From Toensbergia leucococca (Eukaryota), in the NCBI GenBank assembly GCA_022813965.1, contig JALDZS010000170.1, positions 1-50,586 on the forward strand: DNA of 50,586 bases. The letters run 5' to 3'. Each line of letters starts with the position of its first letter. The first letter of the stretch is position 1. The translations under genes and the position numbers were made by a program. The notes beneath the pieces are model-generated. The model was not told the DNA's origin. It did no database searches and saw only the letters and a program-made list of their open reading frames with translations. Below are positions 37,925-50,586 of the stretch, one piece after another.

Positions 37925-39925
37925 CTTGACTGATCTGCCTTGTTGTCAAGTTGAGTGTTGTGTGTAGGTGTAAAAGAAAAGATGGATTGCTCAATTAATA
38001 TCGTCATTGTGGGCGAACTCTCGCTTAGCAACAAAAAGGTTGGAATTGAGGTTGGCGACGACTAGAATACAGATAAAGGTCATAGTCTTGACTCAACATC
38101 AGAATTCAGGAGCACCTATTCTACACCGCGCGGATGGATCAATTGAACGAAAAGCGAATACAAAGTCCTACGTGGTCTAAGTGTAAATTTTGTGAAGTAC
38201 TCGAGGACTTTATAGGTATCAAAACTAAGATTACTTTGTACAGCATCAAGTAGAGTACCTTGGTGTTTACTTACTTACTTTGGGACTCCCCCATCTTTTA
38301 TCTGGAATCTGGCTCAGTCTCATCTATCTTCATCTCTAGAATTATGGCATTGACGAGCCATCCATCTTTAAGTCTAGCTGGTACGCTCAAGCTACGCCCT
38401 TAAAAATTGTGTTAGGATGTCATTGAATCCAAATGGCCGGGTAATTTGGTTGGATTGGTGCTCTTCCTAATATCGCACATGACCCAGGCATCATGTCAAA
38501 CTGAATGGGGACCTTGTCCAGTGTGTGTCTTCTTGCGTTCCGCTACAAAGCGAGATAGCAGTCGAGGAAAGAGAAGTGGTTTTATTCCAAAGGTGACTCT
38601 CTCTACTTATGCACCGATTCCCATCAGCTATGAATGTAATTGGCAGCTCCGTCGAATGGTTGAGATCACATCGCACACTCGTGAATAATTGTTGTCGAGG
38701 TGTCCGAGCTGAACAAAGGAATCGAGAGGCGCTTCGCGTTAGCAGCGGAGATACCAAGAAGCTAGAATAGCTCCTTGGAAATGTCTTGTACGACAAGAAT
38801 CAAAGTAGTGTTCAAAAAAGACACGAGCACAAAATCATGAAGGTACAAGGAAAAGATTTTTCTCTCCACCAGAACTATCTTAAATACAAGCCTCTTATCC
38901 AGCAATTTGAATAACTCACGAGGCCTAGACTTCTTATCGTAAATACAGTCCGCTATTGGATGTAACCTGAGTTCCAGAACTTGGAAGCCTTCCAGCATCT
39001 TGCCTATTTGGAGGAAGCGCGGGAATTTGGCTCAAAATAGACTGGTCTTCCTGTCATGCAGGTATCCCGAAGCTGAGCCGAGGATCAATAAGGATTAATA
39101 AGGTCCCATGGAATTTTCACCTTTTAACCCTTGAGGAAACCCTAGGCTTTAAGATCAAGAGAGGGGACTCCAAAGACGATATCAACGAAGATTTTATATT
39201 GAAGGCAGTGAGGTAAAGTAACGGTCAAGATGTGCTAAAGAAGTTAAAAACTACTACCTATGCTCCCGGCCATGGCAAAGTGGACAGGATCACGCGATGC
39301 CGTCGAAGACCCATGATAACTTCGGCATAAGATTAGCCAATCAGTGACATGTCGCACATGGCCGAAGGGCACTAGAATGGTAGGCCTTAGACTGGCCCCA
39401 TTGAGGGTAAGATAAGGATTCGAGACGGTACTGCCCTCGTGTGACTGGCCGACGCCTGCCCACCTTCTCGCCGACTGGGGCGCATTGTCCCAGAGGCAAA
39501 AGTGTGGTGCCAGTCCTGCATGAAGAAGGCAGACTTTTCCTTATCCCAGCCCGGGGCTTTTCTCTGATATGCACTAAACCGATCGACGAGGTGGAATAGG
39601 TACGAGTAGCGTGGCAGATCCAGCAATGCTCCTCCGACATGGAATATCTCTGCTGAAGCTCGTATAAAGTATGCTACACCCATCTTGTTTCTGCCCCTTC
39701 ATTGTACATAGAGTCTTGGCACCTTTGCCCTAGGCAGCCTGCTTCACTACGACTACCTTATCTACCTTATTTGGCTCTCGCCTAAATTGTGTAACATCTC
39801 CTTACATTCACTTGCGCCTTGCTCCCCCTCCTCTTGTCAGCAAGCCTACTCGTACTCTCACCAAGCTGCCCATCGAGCGTTGGGGACTTTACGCACGAGC
39901 ACAATAACTCCGACTTTGTTTCAAT

Positions 39926-41855
39926 ATGGAGAAAGAAGGGTATGCCGGTGATACCTACACCTCCGAAACTCACCCATACAGCGAAGATGCCGCCAAGATC
40001 GTCGAGGATAAGGGGATTAGGATTGGTGAGGCTGCCGACATGTATGGAGACCTCCAGACTGCTGAAGACTATGGATACGTCTCTCGTGGGTAAGTTGGAC
40101 TTTGTAAGAAATACCGACAGGCTGCCTAGATGCTGACGACTGTCTATAGATTGAAGTCCCGTCACATTCAATTCATCGCCCTCGGCGGGACGATTGGTAC
40201 TGGTCTCTTCTTGGGGATCGGACGAGCTTTTACCCAGGCCGGACCTCTAAGTGTGCTGCTTGGCTATACATTAACCGGTATTGCAGTCTTTGCTATGGTA
40301 TGATTTGTAGCTAATTCTAATCCTTCCGTGATGGCCACCGTGTTCCGAGCTGATAGAGATGACAGATGCAATCACTTGGTGAAATGGCTACTTGGCTACC
40401 TCTTCCCGGTGCAATCCCCCAATTCTGTGCTCGTTACGTCGACGGATCCATGGGTTTCGCTGTAGGGTGGAACGTACGTTTAATCCCTCTTTCGAATATT
40501 CAATAGTAGCTAATTCTGTCTTAGAATTGGTATGCCTGTGCCATTACGCTTTGTGCCGAAATCTCCGCCGCATCTATCGTCATTCAATTCTGGCAAGGAG
40601 CGGACAACATCAACGTGGCAGCCTGGATCACCCTCATTCTCGTTCTCGTCATTTGCCTGAACATCTTTGCTGTGTCCATCTACGGAGAAGCCGAATTCTG
40701 CTTCGCAAGCATCAAGATCGTTACCATCGTCGGGTTGATCATTATGGCCATCGTCATTGATTTGGGAGGTGCTCCCAAGGAGGGTCGTCTCGGCTTCACG
40801 TACTGGAAAAACCCGGGTGCTATGAAGACATACATTGCGTCGGGCAGCGAAGGTCGTTTCCTCGGCTTCTTCTCGACCCTAGTCAACGCAGCCTTTTCTT
40901 ATGGCGGTGTGGAGATGGTTGCCGTTGCCGCCGGTGAGGCCGAAAATCCGAGAAAGAACATCCCCAAGGCCGTCCGCCGAGTCTTCTGGCGTATCCTGTT
41001 CTTTTACGTTATCGGCTCCCTTGCCATTGGTGTTTTGGTTCCCTACAACGACCCGCAATTGCTAAGCGCCCAGAGTTCAGGGGCTGCCGGCGCCGCCGCC
41101 TCGCCATGGGTCATTGCCATCTACCGCGCCGGTATTCCCGTGCTCCCATCCATCATCAACGCTGTCATCTTGACCTCGGCCTCTTCTTCCGCAAATGCAT
41201 TCTTGTACACGGGAAGCCGGTACATGTACGCTCTAGCTCAGAACGGCCAAGCGCCAAAGTTCCTCCTTCGATGCTCTAAAGCGTAAATTTCACCGCCTCG
41301 TTCCCTCCTCAAAGAGCTCCCATACTGACAGAATCCTCTAGCGGCGTACCATATTGGTGTGTCATCATCACGGCCTCAATCGGCCTCCTTACCTACATGT
41401 CCTGCTCCACAGGTGCCAACACCGTCTTCACCTGGTTCCAGAACCTCACAACCATCGCCACCCTCTTCACTTGGTGCAGCATCTGCATCGCCTACCTACA
41501 ATTCTACAAAGCTCTCAAAGCCCAAGGCGTCGACCGCAATACGCTCGTCTTCAAATCGCCCTTCCAGCCCTACACGGCCTGGTTCTCGCTCATCTTCTTC
41601 AGCATCATCATCGTCTTCAACGGCTTCTACGCCTTTTGCCCCTGGGACGTCGATAATTTCATCACGTCGTACGTTGGCATTCCCATTTACTTTGCGCTGT
41701 ATCTCGGCTGGAAATTGTTCAAGCGTACGCCGTGGGTCAACCCGGCTGAGGCGGACATTCATACGGGCAAGGCGGCGTTGGACGCGGCGGATCTGCACTG
41801 GCCTGAACAGCACCCGAGGAATGTATTTGAGAAGGTTTGGTTTTGGATTGCGTAG
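39926..41855 (+). CDS. Amino-acid permease (YAT/APC family, proline-permease-like)
   Basis: LKSRHIQFIALGGTIGTGLFLG, YGEAEF, AAFSYGGVE..AGEAENPRKNIPKA, multiple TM helices; four canonical introns. Confidence 0.94.
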
Positions 41856-42416
41856 TGTGGTTTTGGGGGCCTAATTTTTTTTTTTCTCTTCTTCCTCTCT
41901 ATGCAGCCTAGGCTCGTGCAAAGCTTGATATCACCTCGTTGTATTCTACGGATACGCATATGGCTGTAAAAGCCCTCGGATCATCACATCATACTCACAA
42001 CTAATCTCTCATACCCCGTCTACAAAATAACCCCCTCTCCACAGAAAAAAACATAAAGAAACACAACACCCCGACATCCAAACACATTCCCCCAACTAGG
42101 TAGAAAAAAGAAAGAAAAACGGAGCCAAAGCAAAAACCCGGCTGTGGCGTATACTTAACTCAAAATCCTCACCAACATCCAACAGCAAACAGGCCCAAAT
42201 ATGCTCCCCCCTCCAAACCAAAGCTCGACTCACTAATATTTCATCCACAAAAGTCAGCAGAATTGCACTTATCACATATCTACCTATATCCTCTCCTCCC
42301 CCACCACGGGCCCCACCTCCTCGAACCAACGTATTTATGAACTCAGATCTCAGTAAAAACGATATCCTTTGAGGAGGTGGGGGAAAGGTATCAATAGATC
42401 TACACATCCTCCTCCT

Positions 42417-42417
<1 letters not shown>

Positions 42418-42470
<53 letters not shown>

Positions 42471-42554
42471 TTCTTCATCCAAAATGACAAAACCTCCAAA
42501 CCCCCTCCACAAAGAGAGACAGCTAAATAAAAGTTTCATCAAAAGCCACGCCAT
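42418..42554. repeat. Poly(C)53 + 84-bp dispersed repeat, copy 1
   Basis: 42471-42554 matches 50503-50586 at 83 of 84 positions; both follow a long C run. Confidence 0.92.
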
Positions 42555-45500
42555 CCCAACCCAGTCAGTAAGTCATGCAAACGAGAAATCCCCATCCCCA
42601 ATCTGCCTCAAAGAATGCCTCCTAGAATGAGAGATTCAAATGCCTTCGTTCCGGGGTCAGGGGGGTATGTTATCCCCATCACCGCTACCTACAAAAAGGT
42701 CTCATCTCCTGAATCACCCCCGCCCCCCCCCCTTCCCACTTCCCCAACTCTCAAGGGGAAAAAATTAATGGTACTTATACACCCCTTCTGACAATACCTC
42801 ATCTCTTCGTCTTAGATGAGAGGAGGTAGTGGCTAGTCCTATAGAAGAGAAAACTCGAGATGATGAAATTTTTTTTGTATTTGGATTCAGGACGAGAAAA
42901 TGGGGGGGGGGAGGGAAGGTGAAAGGTATGAGGTGGATTCACCTCGGTTTCCGAGATATGAGAATTGAGACCGGTTGCTTTTTTTTAAGATGAGGTGAGC
43001 ATGTTTTGCGAGGGGTGGTAGATTATGATGATTGGCGGTATCAAGACAGCTGGATTCCGGATTCGGGGGGAAAAGGGGGATCGGGATGGAATTCGAGGAA
43101 ATTTGTATGTACCAGCGGACGATGAAGCTCAATCTATGACACGAAAATAACAGCCCCAAATAAGTTCCAACAGGCTTTCAACAACAAAATCTGACAACCG
43201 GTTCAAAGGCTGGGAAGATCCAAGTTTCCACCACCCAATGAACCCCATCATGTATTTGATGGGGCCAATTTTTTCTCGTGACCCGATTTCTTTTAAAGCG
43301 CGCATGGTTTTCACACTGCAATTATCTGGACCCCGGTTCCAAAGAAAAAAAATGAAAGTTGTGCTTTTGGCGGAGGGATTGATGGGTCGAAGGGGTTGCT
43401 GCGTGTGAATGATGGCGCTAGCGGCAAGAGATAGAGAGAGAGAAAGGGGCTGTGGACATGCACATACCAAAAGTAGCTAAGAGGTGGCAGCCGGATGTGT
43501 GCGCTGGGATTTGAAGGGAACAAGGAGGTACGAGGATGGGGAGTATCGTGGCTGAGGAAGGGGTAGCATTCATGGATAAGGACGAGGACCTTATACACTG
43601 GTGGCGTGTAATCGATGCACGAAGCCGTTACCCGAGAGCAGGTTGTCTCTCAATTCGCTCGCTCGAGTCCTGTATTCACAGCATAGGCATGATATCTCCG
43701 ACCATCACGACCATCAGTGTCTCTGGCCATCAGGTCTGCAGCAAACCGAATTTTGGGACAGAGGCGAGGATGATTTGGAGAGGTCAGCTCCTAGCCCCAA
43801 TATCTACTCTGCCATACTCCTTATGAAATTAATGAACTCATGTTCCAGTCTCATTGGCGATTATGGCCTGTGATCTGCCACGATGTTGTCTCGTGCAGAC
43901 GAGAGCAATGTGAGGATGGGTTGCCGTTACACATGACGGTTCCACTTCCGCTAGTCTCTAATCGAGATGGTCGGCCATGTGTTGTAGGATGATGGCGACT
44001 TCACTAGCCTGGGAGGGATCAAGTATTGATTGATAGCGGCCGTTGATTTCACCATCAAAGCCCAGTGGGAGAAGCTGCTCTAGCGGCCCTCAAGATGCAA
44101 ATATAGTCTAGGTTGCAGAGGGCTGTCAATACTGTCAGAACTGGGCCATTCTTTGGGGTCAGCGTCATTTCAAGGTTTGTAAGAGCTATTGAGTATGAAT
44201 GTTGTAGGAGCCAGCAGAGCTTCGCAACGGTCTGCTGAAGAAGCATAGCCATGCCAGTATTGGAGACGAGGCGACATGGATTGGACCAGTTGGATGATAG
44301 ACGACAGGGAATCAACATGGTACAAAACAGATGGTGAAGGATGATTCCAGTTGGTTGAGATGTAACATAAATGCTGTCTCTGCGGAAGGCAGGCTCTTGC
44401 TCTGCATCAAGCACGCCATGCTTTTTATGCACAGTGTGGCTTTGACTTCGCAAGCCTGTGTATTTGGCCGTTGGAATATTGCTGCGAAGAGATGGAAGGA
44501 GAGCGAGAATAAGAATGAGATTGAGAGTGAGAATGAGCATTGTGTCCTCGACATACGGATATTCTAGTTTGTCTCAAACCCAACCGTTGTTTCAAAGCCC
44601 TAGTGTGGCAGATTATGAGACACATGCTGCAGATCAGCCGCAGGCCATTCGTAAGAGTCCGAGTCCGAGTACGAGTGCGAGTAGGATTGTTTGGTCGCAA
44701 TTTCCACTCTGCGCGTGACATGGTCTACGGGAAGCTATCGTGCAGTCCAAATACCTAATCATGGGACTCGTAACAAGAGTAGCATTTCACATTTACAGAG
44801 ATGTTGAGAATTCGGATTTGACTGGCTGCTAGACGCCCACGTCTCAACCCCCACTACTACTCATCAGGTAGATATTCGGATGGCGGGAGAGTATCATGGC
44901 GAGCGATGCCGGATAGAGCTAAGATTGCTCGCAATAATTTGCTAGGCTTGCCTAAGCGCCTTCGACTTGGCGACAGAAGGCTCTAATAAAGTGGGGAAAA
45001 AGGAAAAAGGAAACAATAGGTAGAACAGTAGTTCTTGCAGACGAGAATAACTTGAAGACTAATAATTGGGAACTGAAATTGTAGAGTCATTGGGTAGCTC
45101 CTCGTGATCCTTCACCGCCTATCCCAAGGAACCTGCGGGGTAAAAGTTAGAAGCAAACACCATCATCGAATGAGCGTGTAGAGATGGCCGAGGCCGGGAA
45201 GATAAAGAAAGACATGCAATTGCCAGGCACATGAGACCGCTTATTGGTTGTTTGCTGCCCCCCCTATCCAAACGTGTCCAAAGGCAACCCCCCCTTGGAC
45301 AAAGACTACTTTAGGTGCCTCTAAGTCGAAGACCTAACAGGCTAAACACCGCCTACCTAAGCGTGCTAAGGTACTTAAGCTCCCTTGGCACGCCAAGCCC
45401 TACCTAAACACTCGCCAACAATGCCACAGTTACACGCTAAGACTGCCCCTGCACAATGCACATCTCAACTCCTCCGTTCATACCCTACCCAAAGCCTGCC

Positions 45501-46257
45501 GACCTTCTTGTACCTACCCTCCTACCTTACCTTCGCAACCAACCCTCTCTAACGTCCCTCTCCAACGTCCTCTTCCTCTTCCTCCCCCCATCCCTTTCTT
45601 TTCCATCGCCATTATCGTCACTTTGTCATTGATCTTGAGCCCGTGTTTTGCCTTCGTCACGGAGCACATCTTTTGCTTCACCCCAAGCTTTGTCGTCATT
45701 TGCTCGCTCCTTGTGCGTTGCAGCGCAACACAAGTCTTGCACCTTCCAATCTATTACAATCATCGCCTCAGTCCGTCATTTACTCACATTGCGCCTATTT
45801 GTAATTCACTTTTTCCAGTGACAATACGACTCTTTGTCTTATTCACACCCGGCTCCATCGTGTAACCTCAAAAAGGTAAAACCATCAACCTCAGATACCT
45901 CTTGCATCAACAACCAAGCTGAATTCTGTGTTGATCCATACAGACTTTCCGTTTCTCGCTTTACATATTCGATATCATTCTCGCTTCATTTATTCGTAAT
46001 AGACAACTCTTCAACTTTTTGTCGATAAGCTTATTCGATTTCGTAATACGTTTCACCAACCACAAAACCATCTGAGGTCATCTCGACTTGATCAAAACAA
46101 AGACCTCACACTTCTGCTGGTCTTTACTGTTACACGTCTCGAAATCTCGTACAATTCACGACACACGACGCTCTTGACGTCAGCAAAGGCCAACCCATCC
46201 TTAGATTCTTTGATCCTCCTTACGCGTGTACAATCGGATCAGAACCCATCAGGTACA

Positions 46258-47976
46258 ATGAGTCTAGACGCTGGCGGTCTCGCTCAGATGAGTTACAACC
46301 ATAACTCCTTCAATGGAGGCCTTGGCATTCCTGGATCTGGTTATGCTTCTCGTGGCAAGGGAGCCCATATCAAGCGTTTGAGTGTCGCTCCGCCGTCAAA
46401 AATCTCAACAATCGATGAAACCCAGCAGGCAACCCCGAACCCAACGCCAAGAACGAGCCGCTCTCACCTGCTAGCAGGCTTGAGAACCGCACCAAAATCT
46501 CCAACTTTCCCGACTTCTGCCCCTCCTACTCAAATTCAGCAAGGCTTCGGTCTTGAACATAGCAGATACGCAGGTATGGGAGATAACCAACACTCTCGTA
46601 CCCTACCACAAACGGCCACTGGTTCCACTTTCCCGACCAACCAGCAAGAACGCTATAATTATAACGGAGGTGGTCAGATGTATTCCCTCCCAGAACAAGT
46701 CCTTGCTCCGCCCGCTATTCAGATTGGAGGAGAACAAGGGAATACTCAAATGGATCCCGATCTCTATGCAGAACTCGTTGCCACGAATCAGTACCTTGCC
46801 CAACAGCAGATGCGTCTACAACATCAGCTTCTCAATGTCACTGCTGCCGCTCAGCAATTCCAGGGAATGAATGTCATCAACGGCGTGGGTCAGCAGCAAC
46901 AGCAAATCCACTCGCCAATGGTGCCAAGTATGGGATTTTACAATCAACAGCTGCAGAGTGGGCTTCAGCCAGTTGTTCAAGCAGTGCCTAATCAGCCTGG
47001 ACTTTATTCAGTGTACAATCCCATGACTGGACAACACGGATACTTCTTGGACCAGAATGCGCAGCAAACTCAGCCTATCCCGCAGGCACCCGTGGCGAAT
47101 CAAGACCTCAGCCATTCACCGCCTCCCCCGACACCTACCTTTCGAGCTCAAGTCTCTCCCCCTCCAGAATCCCCAACTTTACTGAGCAATTATCGTACTG
47201 TCTCTCCTCCCAAGTTGTGCTCATCGCCGGCACAAGAAGTGAGCCCACTCCCTCCGCCTTCGGCAAATGCTTTTCGCCGTGGCCACAAGAAAGCTTTGTC
47301 CTCTGTTTCTGGCCTCAACACCGACTCACCTGTATCTGTGGATGGGCTAAAGAATGGTGTACTAAAGTCTGCAGGCTTCCCTATTACTCCCATGACTGGC
47401 ACATTTGGACCTGGTCAGGCTCGAGCTGGTGAGCATCCTATACGCCAACCTCGAGGACCGCCATCGCTCGAGGAACTCGTTGCTAAACCGACTTCCAAAT
47501 ACGAAGGAAGTAAGAACTTTGCAACGCGTCAACGTCGTCGTGCGGTTCACAACCTTGTCCGTGCTGGTTTGGAACGTCGGGGTGCATCCCGTGGCAGCGG
47601 CTCCATGGATAGCGCTGGAAGCATGACACCTGCAAGCGACGGTGGTTTTAATTTCTCAGTTTCCTCTGATAATGATTCCGACAGCATAGGAAGCCGAAGC
47701 GCTAGCTTGTCTGGCAAGCCGAGCCTTGGAAGCCTGAGAGCAGCAGCCAATGGGGCTATTGGATCCGAACGAAAGGAATTGAAGGAACGCTCTAGAGAGA
47801 GAAACTCGACTGGAAGTCAATTCACTACTAGGAGTCTTAGCAGCGAAGAGGGTACGACGATTGGAGGCAAACTTGTCGAAATTAGGGGAGAGGAGTTCAA
47901 GACTGTTGATGAGAGACGCAACACGCCTCTTTTGGTACTCACGAGTGCCGAGAAGCGCAAAAGCTCGATTTTTTAA
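46258..47976 (+). CDS. Q/P/S-rich largely disordered fungal protein with an RQPRGP motif
   Basis: Long single ORF (600 codons from the TTG at 46174; first ATG at 46258) with conserved-looking islands SRSHLLAGLRTAPK, FRRGHKKA, PIRQPRGPPSLEEL..KNFATRQRRRA and VLTSAEKRKS. Confidence 0.85.
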   Translation: MSLDAGGLAQMSYNHNSFNGGLGIPGSGYASRGKGAHIKRLSVAPPSKISTIDETQQATPNPTPRTSRSHLLAGLRTAPKSPTFPTSAPPTQIQQGFGLEHSRYAGMGDNQHSRTLPQTATGSTFPTNQQERYNYNGGGQMYSLPEQVLAPPAIQIGGEQGNTQMDPDLYAELVATNQYLAQQQMRLQHQLLNVTAAAQQFQGMNVINGVGQQQQQIHSPMVPSMGFYNQQLQSGLQPVVQAVPNQPGLYSVYNPMTGQHGYFLDQNAQQTQPIPQAPVANQDLSHSPPPPTPTFRAQVSPPPESPTLLSNYRTVSPPKLCSSPAQEVSPLPPPSANAFRRGHKKALSSVSGLNTDSPVSVDGLKNGVLKSAGFPITPMTGTFGPGQARAGEHPIRQPRGPPSLEELVAKPTSKYEGSKNFATRQRRRAVHNLVRAGLERRGASRGSGSMDSAGSMTPASDGGFNFSVSSDNDSDSIGSRSASLSGKPSLGSLRAAANGAIGSERKELKERSRERNSTGSQFTTRSLSSEEGTTIGGKLVEIRGEEFKTVDERRNTPLLVLTSAEKRKSSIF

Positions 47977-49720
47977 ACGTCGAATGCGAGTTTCACTGTT
48001 CTCTAGGGTGGAATTCTTCTGCCGAAGCTCAGTGTTAGATGCCACTGGTGGCCACAGGGAGTTCCAAAAGGTGTGGTGTGATTACTACTTCTCTATTAGT
48101 TGTGTATGCCCTTTACGAATTTCTTCTACACTACATCTTGTCTACAGCGATTATGGGAACCGAGTGGCTTGATGATTACGAAATCAAATTATTTACAGAT
48201 GCCTTGTCTGTCCCTACGTTACGAAGCTCTTAATACATTCTACACATTGTTGCACCAACGGGGCCGAATTGGGACTTGGGAGTCTTGCACTGTGGTTGTT
48301 GGACGTCTCCTCGATGGAGAACACGGGATTGCTCTTAGGTCTGGCAATACTAGCAAATCTGGCACAGACTGGTGGCTTTTGCGGAAGGCTGGTGGCTTTA
48401 TTCGATGACGAGAACATGTTTCTTCGGATGAAGGACGGGAGGCAGAGCTAGTAATGGTCATTTGCAGTCGGGGGAGGGAGAGGGGGAGATGGGTTCGGAG
48501 CCTTTGCAGCTGGGGGGTGGGGGCTTTTGAGGATGTACTTTAATACGGGCCCAAGTGGGTTTCACATAAATAGAGACTGAGCCAAGAAATGCACATGAAC
48601 TCGATTGAAACTTTGATTGGCCGTGAGGCTTCCCAATGTTGTAGGTGTAGGTATGTTGATGAAGGGAGTTTGAAGGGGGGATGATTTGAAAAAGTACGGT
48701 AGTATTTTACGTGCAAAAAAGCAAAAAAGCAAAAAGCATTTACAAATTCCAAAAATGCTCCCGATTTCTTGAGGAGCACTATGGTCTTTCTCTGTGTTGA
48801 TGAAGAGTAGCAGCACTCAATCAGCTCCAATTGCGGCATACTGATCTCTGTCCTTGAGACCATTTCATTTCCATGCCTTTCCACAGGTCCAAGGTGCATA
48901 CCCACAGCATGAATGCGAGGCGGAAACCTTCATCCACAGTCTGCTTTATTTCAGGCCCGTCTTTCCTTTACCTTGCTCGACATGACTCTGTTCTACAGAA
49001 TCCATCCGATATTGACTCAAAAACTTGGTGTATCACTTGGTTGAGGGAGACTCTGATGAGTCGTTCCTTGCTTTTGCTGTGGCCTTTGTTGCAGTGCTAC
49101 TTCAATCCCCCCTCTGATACAAAAGTCGCCGGTGATCTAGGTGAACTGTTGTCATTTTCCCTTTGCTTTTGTAGACTGGGCTTGTAAATGTCTTTGCTTA
49201 ATAAAATTCCAGGTCCAATCTTCCATGGGCCTTGACTCGCTACTCTATTGTCCTGCTACTTCTCGTTGGAAAAGGCCCAGCCATGCATATTCTCTCGCTC
49301 TCAAGTCCATCTCATCATATCTGTTTCTGACTCGTACTCCATGATATGATGCATCAGGACATGCGAGATCTGGTAGGGACTTTTGGTTGCTACTACAGCG
49401 CTTAGGAAATGGGGACGCATATCGCATTTTCCTCAAGCAAGCATCACACCGTCTCAGGCAGCCGGACCAGACGGGGCCCGCATGAGCTACGCTTTTACAT
49501 TTCTATTCGAGAAGATGAAACAGATTCGATGAGGAGAAAGCTAAGTTGAACTAGAGAAAGGGTAGGCAGGTCATTTATTCTCTTTTGTCTCTTTTCTAGG
49601 ATTGCGACTCCATCGAATATGTCCATCCCCATCTGCTTGCTTTGTGCGCGCCGAAATCAAGAGGAGGGGGAAATAATACAGTCACGCTGCTCTGATATCC
49701 TCTGTGCTTGGCCGTCAAGC

Positions 49721-50458
49721 ATGCTCTCGTTCAGCGGCGCCGTCGTTCTGCTTCTACATTTCTTAGGCCTCGCGCTTGCAAGCCCCGTCATCGATTCGAG
49801 AGGACCGGCGGACAACACCTCCAACACCCTCACCCTCTTCCACTACCACTACTCCAGTAGCACCGCAGCCATTAAACGCGAAGTCGGCCGCCGCATGACC
49901 CAATGCACCGGCCCCGCCTCCGAAGGTTGGCACTTCTATACCTCTCACTGCCAACCCCAATTCGCACCCACGTCCTACACCATGACCTGCACACGCGGCA
50001 ATCCCCTGGAAAACTCGCGGCCCGAAGTCGACATCATCTTCGGCGACTGCCAGCCATCGGAAATCTGCATCAACACGGGCGTAGCCTTCAGCTCGGTGGC
50101 CAACTGCGTGAGCGTCCCCCCCTTCGGCCGCGTGCACACGATCAAAATCCAGACGAGTGCGGGGGGCATGGTAGAGGTCGTGGTGCCGATGGGTGCGGAG
50201 TCGGCGGAGGCGGTGGTGACAGATGAGGCTGGGGGGACGTCGGTGCAGGCGCAGGAGATTACGTTGACGGCGTTGAAGAGGCTGTTTAGTGTGAGCAACG
50301 TGCCGCATTTGGGGGCGCTGGTGAATGGGACGGCGAGCTGTGCGGACTGCTATGGGGTGGGGCTGGATCCGATTCCCGAGTCGACGGATATGCTGCGGGC
50401 GGATGTGAGGTTGAAGGGTTCGGGGTCCGGGTATTTGTACTTGACAACGGTTTCTTGA
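49721..50458 (+). CDS. Small secreted cysteine-rich protein
   Basis: Signal peptide MLSFSGAVVLLLHFLGLALA, KR/RR propeptide sites, 8 Cys in the mature part, no intron. Confidence 0.8.
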   Translation: MLSFSGAVVLLLHFLGLALASPVIDSRGPADNTSNTLTLFHYHYSSSTAAIKREVGRRMTQCTGPASEGWHFYTSHCQPQFAPTSYTMTCTRGNPLENSRPEVDIIFGDCQPSEICINTGVAFSSVANCVSVPPFGRVHTIKIQTSAGGMVEVVVPMGAESAEAVVTDEAGGTSVQAQEITLTALKRLFSVSNVPHLGALVNGTASCADCYGVGLDPIPESTDMLRADVRLKGSGSGYLYLTTVS

Positions 50459-50460
<2 letters not shown>

Positions 50461-50498
<38 letters not shown>

Positions 50499-50586
50499 CC
50501 CCTTCTTCATCCAAAATGACAAAACCTCCAAACCCCCCCCACAAAGAGAGACAGCTAAATAAAAGTTTCATCAAAAGCCACGCCAT
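50461..50586. repeat. Poly(C) + 84-bp dispersed repeat, copy 2 (truncated by window end)
   Basis: Same orientation as copy 1 with one mismatch; starts 2 nt after the stop codon of the secreted-protein gene. Confidence 0.92.

Noticed and set aside
38491..39683. Short ORFs between RPL5 and the permease
   Set aside because: No recognisable motifs or consistent exon structure; treated as promoter/intergenic DNA.
43925..44775. Solo LTR ending in CGTAACA
   Set aside because: No matching TG start, TSD or second copy found; only short simple repeats.

Overview
Gene-dense, intron-containing filamentous-ascomycete DNA (Pezizomycotina; a lichen-forming lineage is plausible but not provable here). Housekeeping genes: dynactin p25, PMP3, gamma-tubulin, a GPI-type S/T-rich wall protein, a mitochondrial carrier, a GT8 glycosyltransferase, a 4CL-like acyl-CoA ligase, an Mhp1-like LRR protein, RPL5, an amino-acid permease and a conserved-looking Q-rich protein. 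Accessory elements: (i) a decayed Argonaute with an N-terminal CCHC zinc knuckle, split by two chimeric insertions, one carrying a chromovirus integrase/chromodomain piece and the other an 82-85 bp tandem array fused to a probable RID/DmtA methyltransferase fragment; (ii) an apparently intact HeLo-like + pseudokinase + ZZ-finger gene with an MLKL-like architecture; (iii) a CorA-like pseudogene; (iv) two copies of a poly(C)-headed 84 bp repeat; (v) an AT-rich hypermutated relic at the left edge. All family calls rest on motif recognition by eye; no database search was run.
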